NCBI GenBank assembly: GCA_021161555.1 | Contig: JAGHAI010000087.1 | Span: forward strand, 1-14,995 | Direction: 5' to 3' | DNA: 14,995 bases | Source of the DNA: a bacterium | GTDB lineage: Bacteria > UBP14 > UBA6098 > B30-G16 | Shown: piece by piece, positions 1-8,787 of the stretch | Position numbering within the stretch: the first letter of the stretch is position 1 | Layout of the letters: the number at the start of each line of letters is the position of its first letter | Position numbers and translations under genes: made by a program | Notes under the pieces: model-generated | Database searches by the model: none | Told to the model about the DNA's origin: nothing | What the model saw: the letters and a program-made list of their open reading frames with translations, nothing else

Positions 1-30
1 AGTGTTTTTATTATAGGTAAAATAAAAGGT

Positions 31-59
31 TTGACATTACTTTTTTTTATTGTAATTTA
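31..59 (+). promoter_or_regulatory. Putative sigma70-type promoter, TTGACA (31-36), 16-bp spacer, TAATTT (53-58), upstream of the giant secreted-protein gene
   Basis: A perfect -35 TTGACA and an A/T-rich -10-like hexamer sit about 55 bp upstream of the ATG. An AAGGAGG ribosome-binding site lies at 99-105. Confidence 0.35.
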
Positions 60-113
60 TCTATTAAATTTTACGAATTTTACTTGAAAACTGAAAAGTA
101 AAGAAGGAGGTGT

Positions 114-188
114 ATGATGAAAAGGCACACGGGGTGGTTTTTGTTTCTGGTGATTTTTGCCACAATGGGATTTGCCTATGCTCAGGCC
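114..188 (+). other. Sec signal peptide of the giant protein (about 25 aa, AYA|QA cleavage)
   Basis: A basic n-region (KRH), a hydrophobic core (WFLFLVIFATMGF) and an AYA-QA signal peptidase I site. Confidence 0.75.
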
Positions 189-3100
189 GATTCTATTGCT
201 CCAAATGTGAATATTATCAGGCCTGCTGATGGCGAAACATTGTATTTTGACGGCGGTTGGTTTTGCGGAGCTGCCTATCCGGAATCAACTTATTCTGTTA
301 ATTATTATGATTATTCACCAAGCAGTGGATTGGATACTACCACAATTGTCGTAAAAATTCGTGAATGCGGAGGAACTTCCTGGAACTTCATCAATAATTA
401 CAATTCCACTTTCGGTTTTGAATATGGCTCTGTCTATGGTTCGCTCAATTCCCTGGGGCTGGAATTTGGAAAATGTTATCAGTTCTGCTCCTCAATTTAC
501 GATAATATGGACAATCTGGGAGAAAGCTGCATAACTTTCTACACGCAGCCTCCAATAGACGATTGTCCACCGCAATTGGTAGCGTGGGAACCCCTTGATA
601 CTCACTGCATTGCCATAAATTCCGACATCCATCTTGTTGTCTGTGATAACTCAATCGATTGCGAAACGGTGTCTGGAGTTAATGCTGCCACTGCCTATGT
701 AACCCTCCAGATTGGCACAGGAGCACCATCTAATGTAACTTCGCAGTGCACTTTTAGCTCTGGCGGAATGCACTGCCTCGACATTCACTGGAATCATACA
801 GGGGGGAATTTCCCGTACAACGAGGAAATAACGATGTGCGTTTCGGTCGATGACAGTGCTGGAAATCATATGGATACGCAATGTCATTCCTGGTTCACCT
901 GTGAGCCTGAAGATACCTGTCCCCCGGTGATAAGCTGGATAAAGCCTTTCAATGGAGATACTGTATTCCCCGATGGTCCATTCTGGTGGGCACACGATTC
1001 ATTTGGGTATGCCGATACCAGCTGGTATGTGCAATTCACCGAATACGGTTGTCCTGCAACGGGAATAGATACCACATCTCTGCACATATATTTTGGTCTT
1101 TGTGGCACTTCCCTCGATGAAATCCCACCTGGTTATGCAAACCTTATGGGATGGGATTACGGTGATGCGTCAGGTTCTATGAATTCGCTGGGGCTTGAAT
1201 TGGGACAGTGCTATACTTTATGCGCGGAAATTTCGGATAACAACGGCAATACTGCATACGACTGCACTGAATTCTATACCCCTCCCCCACCCGATACCTG
1301 CCCTCCCTATGTTTCCGAATGGCACCCTTCAGAAGAAGAAACTCTCTGTCCTCCAACGGCAGATATATGGTTTACTATTATCGACCCAAACACAGAAATT
1401 TGCGAATGTTCCGGAATAAACTATGTTGAAGCAGAGTTGACAAACGGTGATTCAGTCTATAATTTATTTATCGGTGAAGGACTGATTAGAGATGATCTAG
1501 ATTCCTGTTCATCTCGTTTCTTCCTTGACAATGCCTACTATAATTTGGAACCTGGCACCTGGGCAAATTTGCAGGTGCACGCCTATGACTACGCAGGACA
1601 TTCGATTTTTGATGATATAAATTTCTTTGTCTGTCCTCCGGCAGATACCTGTCCGCCTGTGGTGAATATAAACTCGCCACTACCAGCGGAGACGCTATTT
1701 TACGATGGCGGTTGGTGGCGCCCCGGCACATACCCCGACTCAACCTGGGCAGCTTACTTTGAAGAATTCTCCTGCCCCGGAACAGGACTTGACACGACAA
1801 CTCTCGAAGTCAGCATAAGAATGTGTGATGACACATCCTGGATTGTAATTCTCGATTATACTACATATTGGGGATATGACTTAAGCTATGGAAATGTGAA
1901 TGGTTCCCTAAATTCACTTGGGTTAGAACCGGGGTTCTGTTATGAATTGTGCGTCGAAATAAATGACAACTTCGGCAATCATGGTGGAGATTGCGTAAAC
2001 TTCTACACCGAACCCGAACTTGAAGATACCTGTCCGCCTTATGTAACATATTGGGAGCCCTTCGATGGGGACACTGGCGTCGACCCGATGGCATGCGTCA
2101 GGGCAGCCTATCTTGTTGACCCGTCTGGTCCTGGATGCGTCTATTCAGGGGTCGATACATCGTCTTATCATATGATTGCGATAATCAACGGCGATACTCT
2201 GGATGTTACCCACGAAATCATCACATACTATAATGAAGTTTATTGGTGCCATGATAGCGTTCCACTGCCGTCGGGCGCTCATATTGTTGTTTGCCTCGAT
2301 TTTGCAGATTATGCGGATAATTGGTCTCACGAATGTATAGAATTCGATGTCGAAGGCGAAGCACCGGAAGATAGCTGTCCACCTTTTGTTGACCATTGGT
2401 TCCCGCCAAACGATTCCTGCATTCCTGTCGATGCAATGCTTGGCGCTTATGTGTGCGAAAATATGGAATGTCCATATTCAACAATAAATCCTGATTCCAT
2501 TACTGTGACAGTTTCTGTGGCTGGTGGAACTTATGAAGATATAACTTCCGAATGTGCAATTGAACTTTCAGGAGAATGCTATAATATTAGCTGGAATAGA
2601 ACTGGCGCATCTCCTTTACCTTATAGCAGCGTAGTTACCCTGTGTCTGCGCGTTGTGGATTATGCTGGAAATGTTATGGAAGAATGTAATGAATGGACAA
2701 CCTGCGGAGAAGAAACTGTTGATGTATGTGCTCCGTATGTATCAGAGTGGCATCCAAGCGAATTTGATACATCTTGCTGGGACCCCCACGAAAATATATG
2801 GTTCAACATCGTTGACCCATACGATTCTGTGGAATGTCCGGTTTGCACGGGAATTGACCACTCCAGCCTTGAAGTGCACCTTTACAACAATGACTCGACC
2901 TATGTCTTATTTGACGGCGGCGGGCTGATTCTCGATGATTTTGACCACTGCGGACTTTATGTAGGACTTGACGATGCTTACTATATGCTTACACCTGGCA
3001 CTGGAGCAACACTCTGCGTTTCCGGAACGGATATTGCCGGGAATGATTTCGGCGACTGTATAACATTCTTCGTCTGCGATACTGCTGTTGGAGATACCTG

Positions 3101-6100
3101 TCCACCTGAACTAACATGGGAATCACCAGAATCACTTGAAACCCTCATCTGGGAAGATGGACAATGGTTCTCCTCAATTGGCGATACTGCATTTGGGTTG
3201 AACTTCTACGAATTTGGCTGTCCTGGAACAGGGCTTGATACCGCTTCGCTTCATATCTGGATAAGAAATTGCGACGATACTTTTTCAACCGAAGTATATG
3301 GATATTTCGCTCACTTCGGGTGGGATTATGGATATGCCTACGGGTCATTTTCGCTGATTGACCTTGCACCAGGAGAATGCTATGTGTTATGCGCCGAAAT
3401 AACTGACCTCGCAGGAAATACAGGATATGACTGCGTGGCATTCTTCACCGGTGATATACCCGATACCGTTGATGAATGTTCGCCTTCAGTTGTCGAATGG
3501 CATCCCGGCGAATTTGACACGCTCTGTCCTCCGTCTGCGGATATATGGTTCAGAATTATTGACCCGGCTGGCAGTGGAGATTGCCCTGTATGTAGTGGCA
3601 TAGACCGTTCAAGCCTTGAAGTTCACCTATACAACGATGGCTTAACTTATGGTATGTTCTACGGCGGTGGGCTTATTGTGGAAAGTTTTGGCGACTGTGG
3701 GGTCGATGTCGCTCTCGACGATGCATACTATATGCTGACGCCTGGTACCGGGGCAACTTTATGTGTTTCCGGAACGGACATTGCCGGAAATGATTTCGGC
3801 GACTGTATAACATTCTTCGTCTGCGATACTGCTGTTGGAGATACCTGTCCACCTGAACTTTCCTGGTATTCACCCGGCGAAGGGGAAACATTATTCTTCG
3901 CCTATGATATGTGGTGGTCAAGCCACGATACATATATGGACAGTTCGTTTACTCTGAACATAAGTGAATTCGGCTGCCCTGGAAGTGGGCTCGACACTGC
4001 ATCCCTCCGTATATGGATTAGCACCTGCGACGATTCGGAATTTTCTGAAATAGATGGATATTACACATATCTGGGCTGGGACTATGGCACGGCAATCGGT
4101 TCGTTCAATATACTTGATTTGAGCCCGAATGAGTGCTATGTGTTATGCGCCGAAATAACTGACCTCGCAGGAAATACAGGATATGACTGCGTGACATTCT
4201 TCACCGGTGATATACCCGATACCGTTGACTACTGCCCGCCTGAAATAGTATCCTGGTTCCCGGATGCCGACACCTGCCTGCCGACAGATTCACCGCTTGG
4301 CTTTGTGATTACAGACCCTTACAGCGATATTTGTCCTATTGCTTCTGGCGTAGATTTGCTGTCCATAACTGTGACTGCATTTATTGGTTCTGACACATTG
4401 AATATTACCGGAGAGTGTGATTTCGCCACAGAAGGCGATTATATCGGCGTTTCCTGGAGTCATACTGGAATGGCGCTGCCGGAAGGTGAAACTATTGTGC
4501 TTTGTGTTTCTGCTTCCGACCTTGCTGGAAATTCTATGACGGAATGTTATGACTGGCGCACCTGCGGTGGAGTTGAAGATGTGTGTTCCCCTATGGCTGA
4601 ACTGGAATATCCTGACACACTGATTTGTATTCCAGCTGATACCGGCTCCATAATAATAGATGTGTATGACATATACGATAGCATAGAATGTCCGGTTCCA
4701 ACTGGCGTTGATAGTTCCTCGATTGTCGTGAACCTGTATATTGAAGATTCAGTGTATGACATCACCGATGAATGCTATCTTTATAGTTTCTACACTGGAT
4801 ACAGGATATACTGGTTCTACTCTGGGCTTGAGCCTGGCAGCGAAATAATGATTTGCGTTGATGCTTCCGACTATGCAGGAAATGACCTGTATCCTCCTGC
4901 CTGCTTCAGCTGGGATGTATGCGGCGAGGTTGAAGATACGTGTCCGCCGACGGTAGATTGGATTAGCATTTACGATGGCAGAGATGGTGTCCCTGTGGAT
5001 GAATTTGTCGGTTTCGACTTGTTCGACCCGCACGGAAGTGAAGAATGTCCAATCTGCACGGGCATCGATACAGAAAGCGTTGTAATGAGGCTCATCACAG
5101 AAACTGACACGATGGAATATCCACTTTCGGAGATGAACTGGACTGCGAGCGAATGTATGCTCAGCGCCTGGCTCGATACTTCGTTCCGCTTTGACTATGA
5201 AACCGAATATACTATGTGCATCGACGCTTCCGACAACGCTGGAAATGTGATGGAAACCTACTGCGTGCACTTCACCACAGAAGAAGAATCGCTTGTGGAC
5301 ATCTGGTCCCCGTGCATATCGGGAATAACACCTCTTCCGGGAAGTGAAGTTGTTCCGCCTTTCGTGATTTCTGCCAGTATCTGCGATATATGTGAAGGCA
5401 CAGAATTCGCCACAGGAGTGGACAGCGCTTCTATCGTCCTGACCCTCGACGGTGTGGATGTGACATCGGATATCACTATGTTTCCAATCGACTGCTACGG
5501 CTGGGCGGTTTCACTGACAACTGATTTCCTGACAGAAGGTGAACACGAAGTCTGCCTGTGGGCTTATGACTTCGCCGGGAACGCCGTCGATACCTGCTGG
5601 AACTTCTATGCTATAATTCCCGATACACTCGTTTCAGTTGAAATAATTGAACCTTTCGATGGCGCCTTCTCCGCCTGCGACGACCAGAACATAGTAGCCC
5701 TGTTTGTCGATGGAATCGCATCAGTGCCCGATGACTTCTCGTTCACAGTCGGAGATGAGGAATATGACCTATCAAGTTCAGAAGTGACAGTGATTGGCGA
5801 TACTTTGATATTCTCCCCATCCACCTCCTGGGAAGACGGCGACATCGTTTATTACAGTATTGGTTCTGCGGCAGGATATTTCGTAATAGACCTCTCTGAA
5901 CCGATAATCGAACTTGAATATCCCGACTGCGATGATACCCTGTCGAGCATACCCGATTATATCTCCGTTTACTTCGGCGATATGCTTTCTGGAATCGATG
6001 AATCGAGCATCGTCGTCACGGTGAATGCTATAGTATTCACAGCGGATTCGCCCGGTGTATATTGGGACACAGGAATGAGCACCTTGATAATTGACCCTGT

Positions 6101-7400
6101 GGCTGCTGGGCTTTCTCTCGACGGCGAAGTTGAAGTCTGCGGAATGGCAACGGATAGCCCTGACTACTGCACCCCGAACAGCGCAGTATTCTGCTGCAAT
6201 TTCACGGTTCTTCCGCCTCATCCATACTATATAGCCGGGCAGGTAATCGATACCTCTTCGGGACTGCCTCTGGAAGGATACATCGTTGCTGCGTTCCACA
6301 TATTTGGACTGCCTTTCGTCGAGCATGCAGTGACTGACGCAGATGGCAGATATTGTATAGAAGTATCGCACGGCACCTGGATTGCCGCTGCCTTCGACCC
6401 GACTTTCACCAACCCGCCAATATTCTGGGAAGGACATCCATATCCATTTGACGCAGACCCGATAATGATTCCACCCGAAATGGGCGATACTTTCTGGGCT
6501 AATTTCGAATTCTCCTCCCCGGCAACATCGCTGTTCCGTGTGGCAGGAACTGTTCAGGATGAATCCAGCGAACCAATAAGAGGCGCTGTGGTGGTGTTCA
6601 TTGCAACTGGAGATGAAGGGGAAGAACTCGGGATTTCCTCCGGCATTACAGACAGCCTCGGTGCATTCTCCATTCCCGTTGCAACAGGAAAGAACTATTA
6701 TGTTCGAGCCTTCGCAGACGGATATAAACAGTCATCGCACACTGGAAGATGGAACTGGGATGTGAGCGATAGTATGATTATTACAGGCGACATTTCCGAC
6801 CTCGAGTTCACCCTCGCACCTGAAGCGACAGATTCAGGCGGAAGTTCAATCTATGGAACAGTCTATCGTGAATTCACCATCGACGAAGAACCTATGAGAG
6901 GTGTTCTCGTATGCCTTTGCGACATTGCAACGGAAGAACCGCTGTATTGCGAATTTTCAGACTTCGAAGGGAACTATGAAATCGACAATGTTCCCGATGG
7001 AACATATAAACTGATGGCGGACAGACCCCTATATACAATTCAGGGCGACTGGGAGACTGTTGTGCTTCCAGATACAAATTCGCACGATATATATCTGCAG
7101 AGATATACCGGAATTGCAGAATGGACGAAGACGCCTGAACAGATGGTTCTCCGCGGCGCAAAGCCAAATCCGTTCAACACATCGACATCAATAGAGTTCT
7201 ACATCCCCGCTTCTGGTAATGCGAAACTCGAAATCGTTGACATCTCCGGACACACAGTTGCAACACTGTTCGATGGAAAACTGAACCGCGGAAATTATGT
7301 ATCCGTCTGGAGCGCCGAAGATGTCCCAAGCGGAATATACTTCGTCAAACTGAACTGGAACGGATATTCCACATCGCAGAAGATACTGTTTACAAAGTAA
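114..7400 (+). CDS. Giant secreted T9SS cargo protein (2428 aa): signal peptide, about 14 tandem Cys-rich Ig-like modules (Big_5-like, DxAGN signature), 3 CarboxypepD_reg-like domains and a T9SS C-terminal sorting domain. Putative adhesin or S-layer-like surface protein.
   Basis: A single 7.3-kb ORF is preceded by AAGGAGG 8 nt upstream. The N-terminus MMKRHTGWFLFLVIFATMGFAYA-QA is a classic Sec signal with an AxA cleavage site. Modules begin with a recurrent (D/E)-T-C-P-P motif and end in xD(x)AGNxxxxC..F motifs. The C-terminal 85 aa (KPNPFNTSTSIEFYIP...KLEIVDISGHTVATLFDG...SGIYFVKLNWNGYSTSQKILFTK) match the T9SS por_Secre_tail pattern. Confidence 0.9.
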   Translation: MMKRHTGWFLFLVIFATMGFAYAQADSIAPNVNIIRPADGETLYFDGGWFCGAAYPESTYSVNYYDYSPSSGLDTTTIVVKIRECGGTSWNFINNYNSTFGFEYGSVYGSLNSLGLEFGKCYQFCSSIYDNMDNLGESCITFYTQPPIDDCPPQLVAWEPLDTHCIAINSDIHLVVCDNSIDCETVSGVNAATAYVTLQIGTGAPSNVTSQCTFSSGGMHCLDIHWNHTGGNFPYNEEITMCVSVDDSAGNHMDTQCHSWFTCEPEDTCPPVISWIKPFNGDTVFPDGPFWWAHDSFGYADTSWYVQFTEYGCPATGIDTTSLHIYFGLCGTSLDEIPPGYANLMGWDYGDASGSMNSLGLELGQCYTLCAEISDNNGNTAYDCTEFYTPPPPDTCPPYVSEWHPSEEETLCPPTADIWFTIIDPNTEICECSGINYVEAELTNGDSVYNLFIGEGLIRDDLDSCSSRFFLDNAYYNLEPGTWANLQVHAYDYAGHSIFDDINFFVCPPADTCPPVVNINSPLPAETLFYDGGWWRPGTYPDSTWAAYFEEFSCPGTGLDTTTLEVSIRMCDDTSWIVILDYTTYWGYDLSYGNVNGSLNSLGLEPGFCYELCVEINDNFGNHGGDCVNFYTEPELEDTCPPYVTYWEPFDGDTGVDPMACVRAAYLVDPSGPGCVYSGVDTSSYHMIAIINGDTLDVTHEIITYYNEVYWCHDSVPLPSGAHIVVCLDFADYADNWSHECIEFDVEGEAPEDSCPPFVDHWFPPNDSCIPVDAMLGAYVCENMECPYSTINPDSITVTVSVAGGTYEDITSECAIELSGECYNISWNRTGASPLPYSSVVTLCLRVVDYAGNVMEECNEWTTCGEETVDVCAPYVSEWHPSEFDTSCWDPHENIWFNIVDPYDSVECPVCTGIDHSSLEVHLYNNDSTYVLFDGGGLILDDFDHCGLYVGLDDAYYMLTPGTGATLCVSGTDIAGNDFGDCITFFVCDTAVGDTCPPELTWESPESLETLIWEDGQWFSSIGDTAFGLNFYEFGCPGTGLDTASLHIWIRNCDDTFSTEVYGYFAHFGWDYGYAYGSFSLIDLAPGECYVLCAEITDLAGNTGYDCVAFFTGDIPDTVDECSPSVVEWHPGEFDTLCPPSADIWFRIIDPAGSGDCPVCSGIDRSSLEVHLYNDGLTYGMFYGGGLIVESFGDCGVDVALDDAYYMLTPGTGATLCVSGTDIAGNDFGDCITFFVCDTAVGDTCPPELSWYSPGEGETLFFAYDMWWSSHDTYMDSSFTLNISEFGCPGSGLDTASLRIWISTCDDSEFSEIDGYYTYLGWDYGTAIGSFNILDLSPNECYVLCAEITDLAGNTGYDCVTFFTGDIPDTVDYCPPEIVSWFPDADTCLPTDSPLGFVITDPYSDICPIASGVDLLSITVTAFIGSDTLNITGECDFATEGDYIGVSWSHTGMALPEGETIVLCVSASDLAGNSMTECYDWRTCGGVEDVCSPMAELEYPDTLICIPADTGSIIIDVYDIYDSIECPVPTGVDSSSIVVNLYIEDSVYDITDECYLYSFYTGYRIYWFYSGLEPGSEIMICVDASDYAGNDLYPPACFSWDVCGEVEDTCPPTVDWISIYDGRDGVPVDEFVGFDLFDPHGSEECPICTGIDTESVVMRLITETDTMEYPLSEMNWTASECMLSAWLDTSFRFDYETEYTMCIDASDNAGNVMETYCVHFTTEEESLVDIWSPCISGITPLPGSEVVPPFVISASICDICEGTEFATGVDSASIVLTLDGVDVTSDITMFPIDCYGWAVSLTTDFLTEGEHEVCLWAYDFAGNAVDTCWNFYAIIPDTLVSVEIIEPFDGAFSACDDQNIVALFVDGIASVPDDFSFTVGDEEYDLSSSEVTVIGDTLIFSPSTSWEDGDIVYYSIGSAAGYFVIDLSEPIIELEYPDCDDTLSSIPDYISVYFGDMLSGIDESSIVVTVNAIVFTADSPGVYWDTGMSTLIIDPVAAGLSLDGEVEVCGMATDSPDYCTPNSAVFCCNFTVLPPHPYYIAGQVIDTSSGLPLEGYIVAAFHIFGLPFVEHAVTDADGRYCIEVSHGTWIAAAFDPTFTNPPIFWEGHPYPFDADPIMIPPEMGDTFWANFEFSSPATSLFRVAGTVQDESSEPIRGAVVVFIATGDEGEELGISSGITDSLGAFSIPVATGKNYYVRAFADGYKQSSHTGRWNWDVSDSMIITGDISDLEFTLAPEATDSGGSSIYGTVYREFTIDEEPMRGVLVCLCDIATEEPLYCEFSDFEGNYEIDNVPDGTYKLMADRPLYTIQGDWETVVLPDTNSHDIYLQRYTGIAEWTKTPEQMVLRGAKPNPFNTSTSIEFYIPASGNAKLEIVDISGHTVATLFDGKLNRGNYVSVWSAEDVPSGIYFVKLNWNGYSTSQKILFTK
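2719..3468 (+). repeat. Copy 1 of an internal tandem duplication (a two-module B+A unit, about 750 bp)
   Basis: 3042..3112 is 100% identical to 3789..3859 (71 bp). 3378..3472 matches 4134..4228 (95 bp, 1 mismatch). The flanks are about 70-80% identical. The offset of 747-756 bp keeps the reading frame. Confidence 0.85.
3469..4228 (+). repeat. Copy 2 of the internal tandem duplication (a two-module B+A unit, about 760 bp)
   Basis: See copy 1. The protein stretch MLTPGTGATLCVSGTDIAGNDFGDCITFFVCDTAVGDTCPPEL is repeated verbatim. CYVLCAEITDLAGNTGYDCV(A/T)FFTGDIPDTVD is repeated with 1 substitution. Confidence 0.85.
6225..7075 (+). other. Three carboxypeptidase-regulatory-like (CarboxypepD_reg / PF13620-type) beta-sandwich domains inside the giant protein
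   Basis: Three matching segments: YYIAGQVIDTSSGLPLEGYIVAAF...DADGRYCIEV, FRVAGTVQDESSEPIRGAVVVF...DSLGAFSIPV...YYVRAFADGY, and IYGTVYRE..DEEPMRGVLVCL...DFEGNYEIDNVPDGTYKLMA. Each has the [I/V]xGxVxD..(g).P(l/i).GA.V (N-terminal) and (d..G.Y) x-(l/v)-x-G-x-Y (C-terminal) signature. Confidence 0.6.
7135..7397 (+). other. T9SS (Por secretion system) C-terminal sorting domain, type A (TIGR04183-like)
   Basis: KPNPFNTSTSIEFYIPASGNAKLEIVDISGHTVATLFDGKLNRGNYVSVWSAEDVPSGIYFVKLNWNGYSTSQKILFTK follows the N-P-F-N, I-x-F, L-x-I-x-D-x-x-G-x-x-V, SG-(I/V)-YF and K-(I/M)-L-(F/L)-x-K-end pattern. Confidence 0.8.
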
Positions 7401-7425
7401 ACAGGTCACATTACGCTGAAACGAT

Positions 7426-7458
7426 AGGGGTGAGTTTTGAACTCGCCCCTATTTTTTT
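7426..7458 (+). terminator. Rho-independent terminator of the giant gene
   Basis: An 11-bp stem AGGGGTGAGTT / AACTCGCCCCT (one G-U pair) with a TTTG loop, followed by ATTTTTTT. It lies 26 nt after the TAA stop. Confidence 0.7.
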
Positions 7459-7600
7459 AATCTTAAAATATCTTAATTATCTCTGAAAAAAATTCTCTTT
7501 TCAAGAACGGCAGTCGGGAAAGCACCAACCAATCACAGAAGCAGACAATCAACGGGAGAGTTCATACGAAACATCACAAATAAAAGAATCTTCTGGCAGT

Positions 7601-8290
7601 CTATATAATTGTGCCATATTCTACCAATCTTCCCGCCAGAGCGGACAGTATAACAAAAATCCACTCCCACACAGGCACGGGGACATTTTCTTCGTTCAAA
7701 AGCAACAGCGCCCTTATTAGAACCGCGGCGATAACGCATATAATCACTATCGGCAAACTTCTGAAGGACAAACCTATAAAGAGGAGCGCTCTTTCTACTT
7801 TTGCGAATTTAGAAAATCTTTCCACATATATGCCGACCTCTTCATTATTTTTTATCGCTCGCCCTGTGATGTATATTATCACAGGCGCCACCCAGATAGC
7901 AAAAATTGCAAGAGAAAGCCTTATGAATGGCGACACTGGTCCATAAAAATATTGCCAGCCGAAGACGGTTGCCAGCAGCAGTATTACTCCTAAATGAGCA
8001 ATCTGGTCGGCGAAGAACAGCAACAATCCCGTTCTGGCGGAAACCTGACCTGTGAGAGATTTTGTCCAATCTATTGCAAAGTGAAGAACAAACAAAATCA
8101 AAAGCATAGCGAAAAGCACAGGTCTGAATACCGCCCCCTGAACAATCACTATTGCCGAAGTCACAAGGACAAGAACAGCGTGGATAAAAATTCCCTTGAA
8201 CCTATTTTTCTGTGAAAGTATAGCAGGCGTCTGCAGAGGGAAATCGGCGAAAAGATGCGCAGCATAAAGTCTCCAGAATAATCCCCACAT
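7601..8290 (-). CDS. Polytopic inner-membrane protein (about 6 TM helices), possibly DUF3307-like. Function unknown.
   Basis: A 229-aa ORF lies directly downstream of rplI on the same strand with a 39-bp gap. It has six hydrophobic segments and an N-terminal HLFADFPLQ motif. I recognise no homology to an enzyme family. Confidence 0.65.
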   Translation of the reverse strand: MWGLFWRLYAAHLFADFPLQTPAILSQKNRFKGIFIHAVLVLVTSAIVIVQGAVFRPVLFAMLLILFVLHFAIDWTKSLTGQVSARTGLLLFFADQIAHLGVILLLATVFGWQYFYGPVSPFIRLSLAIFAIWVAPVIIYITGRAIKNNEEVGIYVERFSKFAKVERALLFIGLSFRSLPIVIICVIAAVLIRALLLLNEENVPVPVWEWIFVILSALAGRLVEYGTII

Positions 8291-8329
8291 TTAATTAGTT
8301 CTCCGATAGAAATTTTTCTGTGGAAAAAA

Positions 8330-8779
8330 TCAATGTTCGTGCTTCAAAATCCATACTCTCACAGCACATTCCACTTCAGGATGCAGGTCGATTTTCACAT
8401 TATACACACCGAGGCTGTCGATAGGTTCGTCGATGATAATTTGCTTTCTATCGATGTCAAATCCCCGTCGCTGAAGCGCATCAGCGATTTGTCCGGTTGT
8501 GACGGTGCCGAAGAGTTTATCCTCTTCATCCACTTCGACTACGAGGTCCACAGACACTCGGGACAATTTTTCCGCAAGAATTTGCATCTTTTCCTTGCGC
8601 TTCTGTTCAATTGTCATCTGCCTGCGTCTTATCTGTTCGACCTGCTTCATATTCCCTGGCGTGGCGGGAATTGCAAACTTTCGTGGAATAAGATAATTTC
8701 GGGCATATCCATCCTTGACGGTAATCACATCTCCTGCGCTGCCAAGTTTGAAATGCGATTGAGTTAAAATCACCTTCAT
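8330..8779 (-). CDS. rplI: 50S ribosomal protein L9
   Basis: MKVILTQ..LG.AGDVITVKDGYARNYLIPRKFA is the L9 N-terminal signature. Length is 149 aa. It lies downstream of rpsR. Confidence 0.92.
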   Translation of the reverse strand: MKVILTQSHFKLGSAGDVITVKDGYARNYLIPRKFAIPATPGNMKQVEQIRRRQMTIEQKRKEKMQILAEKLSRVSVDLVVEVDEEDKLFGTVTTGQIADALQRRGFDIDRKQIIIDEPIDSLGVYNVKIDLHPEVECAVRVWILKHEH

Positions 8780-8787
8780 TTTTCACC

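Larger units (their letters stand above)
558..5280 (+). repeat. Tandem array of about 13 Cys-rich modules of 115-125 aa, each starting with a (D/E)xC(P/A/S)P motif. Two alternating module types: A = GLDT..C(D/G).., SLNSLGLE.G.CY.LC.EI.DN.GN..YDC..F(Y/F)T; B = CPPxVxxWxP...C, ..D.(W/F)..I.DP...ECP.C.GID.SSL.V.LYN, ..D.AGN...DC..FFVC.
   Basis: DNA motif gatacctgtcc(g/a/c)cc(t/g) or variants recurs at 558, 911, 1291, 1641, 2022, 2369, 2719, 3091, 3469, 3838, 4216, 4575 and 4933, giving a period of about 350-380 bp. Alignment of the translated modules by eye shows conserved Cys, Trp and DxAGN positions. Confidence 0.8.

Noticed and set aside
4749-6437. Long antisense ORFs (4749-5270 -, 173 aa; 5778-6437 -, 219 aa) inside the giant gene
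   Set aside because: They lie entirely within a strongly supported + strand frame whose repeat periodicity and conserved motifs explain the sequence. They have no ribosome-binding site and no recognisable protein features. They are typical open antisense frames in a long ORF.
7611-7946. + strand 111-aa ORF antisense to the membrane-protein gene
   Set aside because: It overlaps the better-supported minus-strand gene, which has 6 TM helices and an operon context. It has no ribosome-binding site and is a low-complexity translation.
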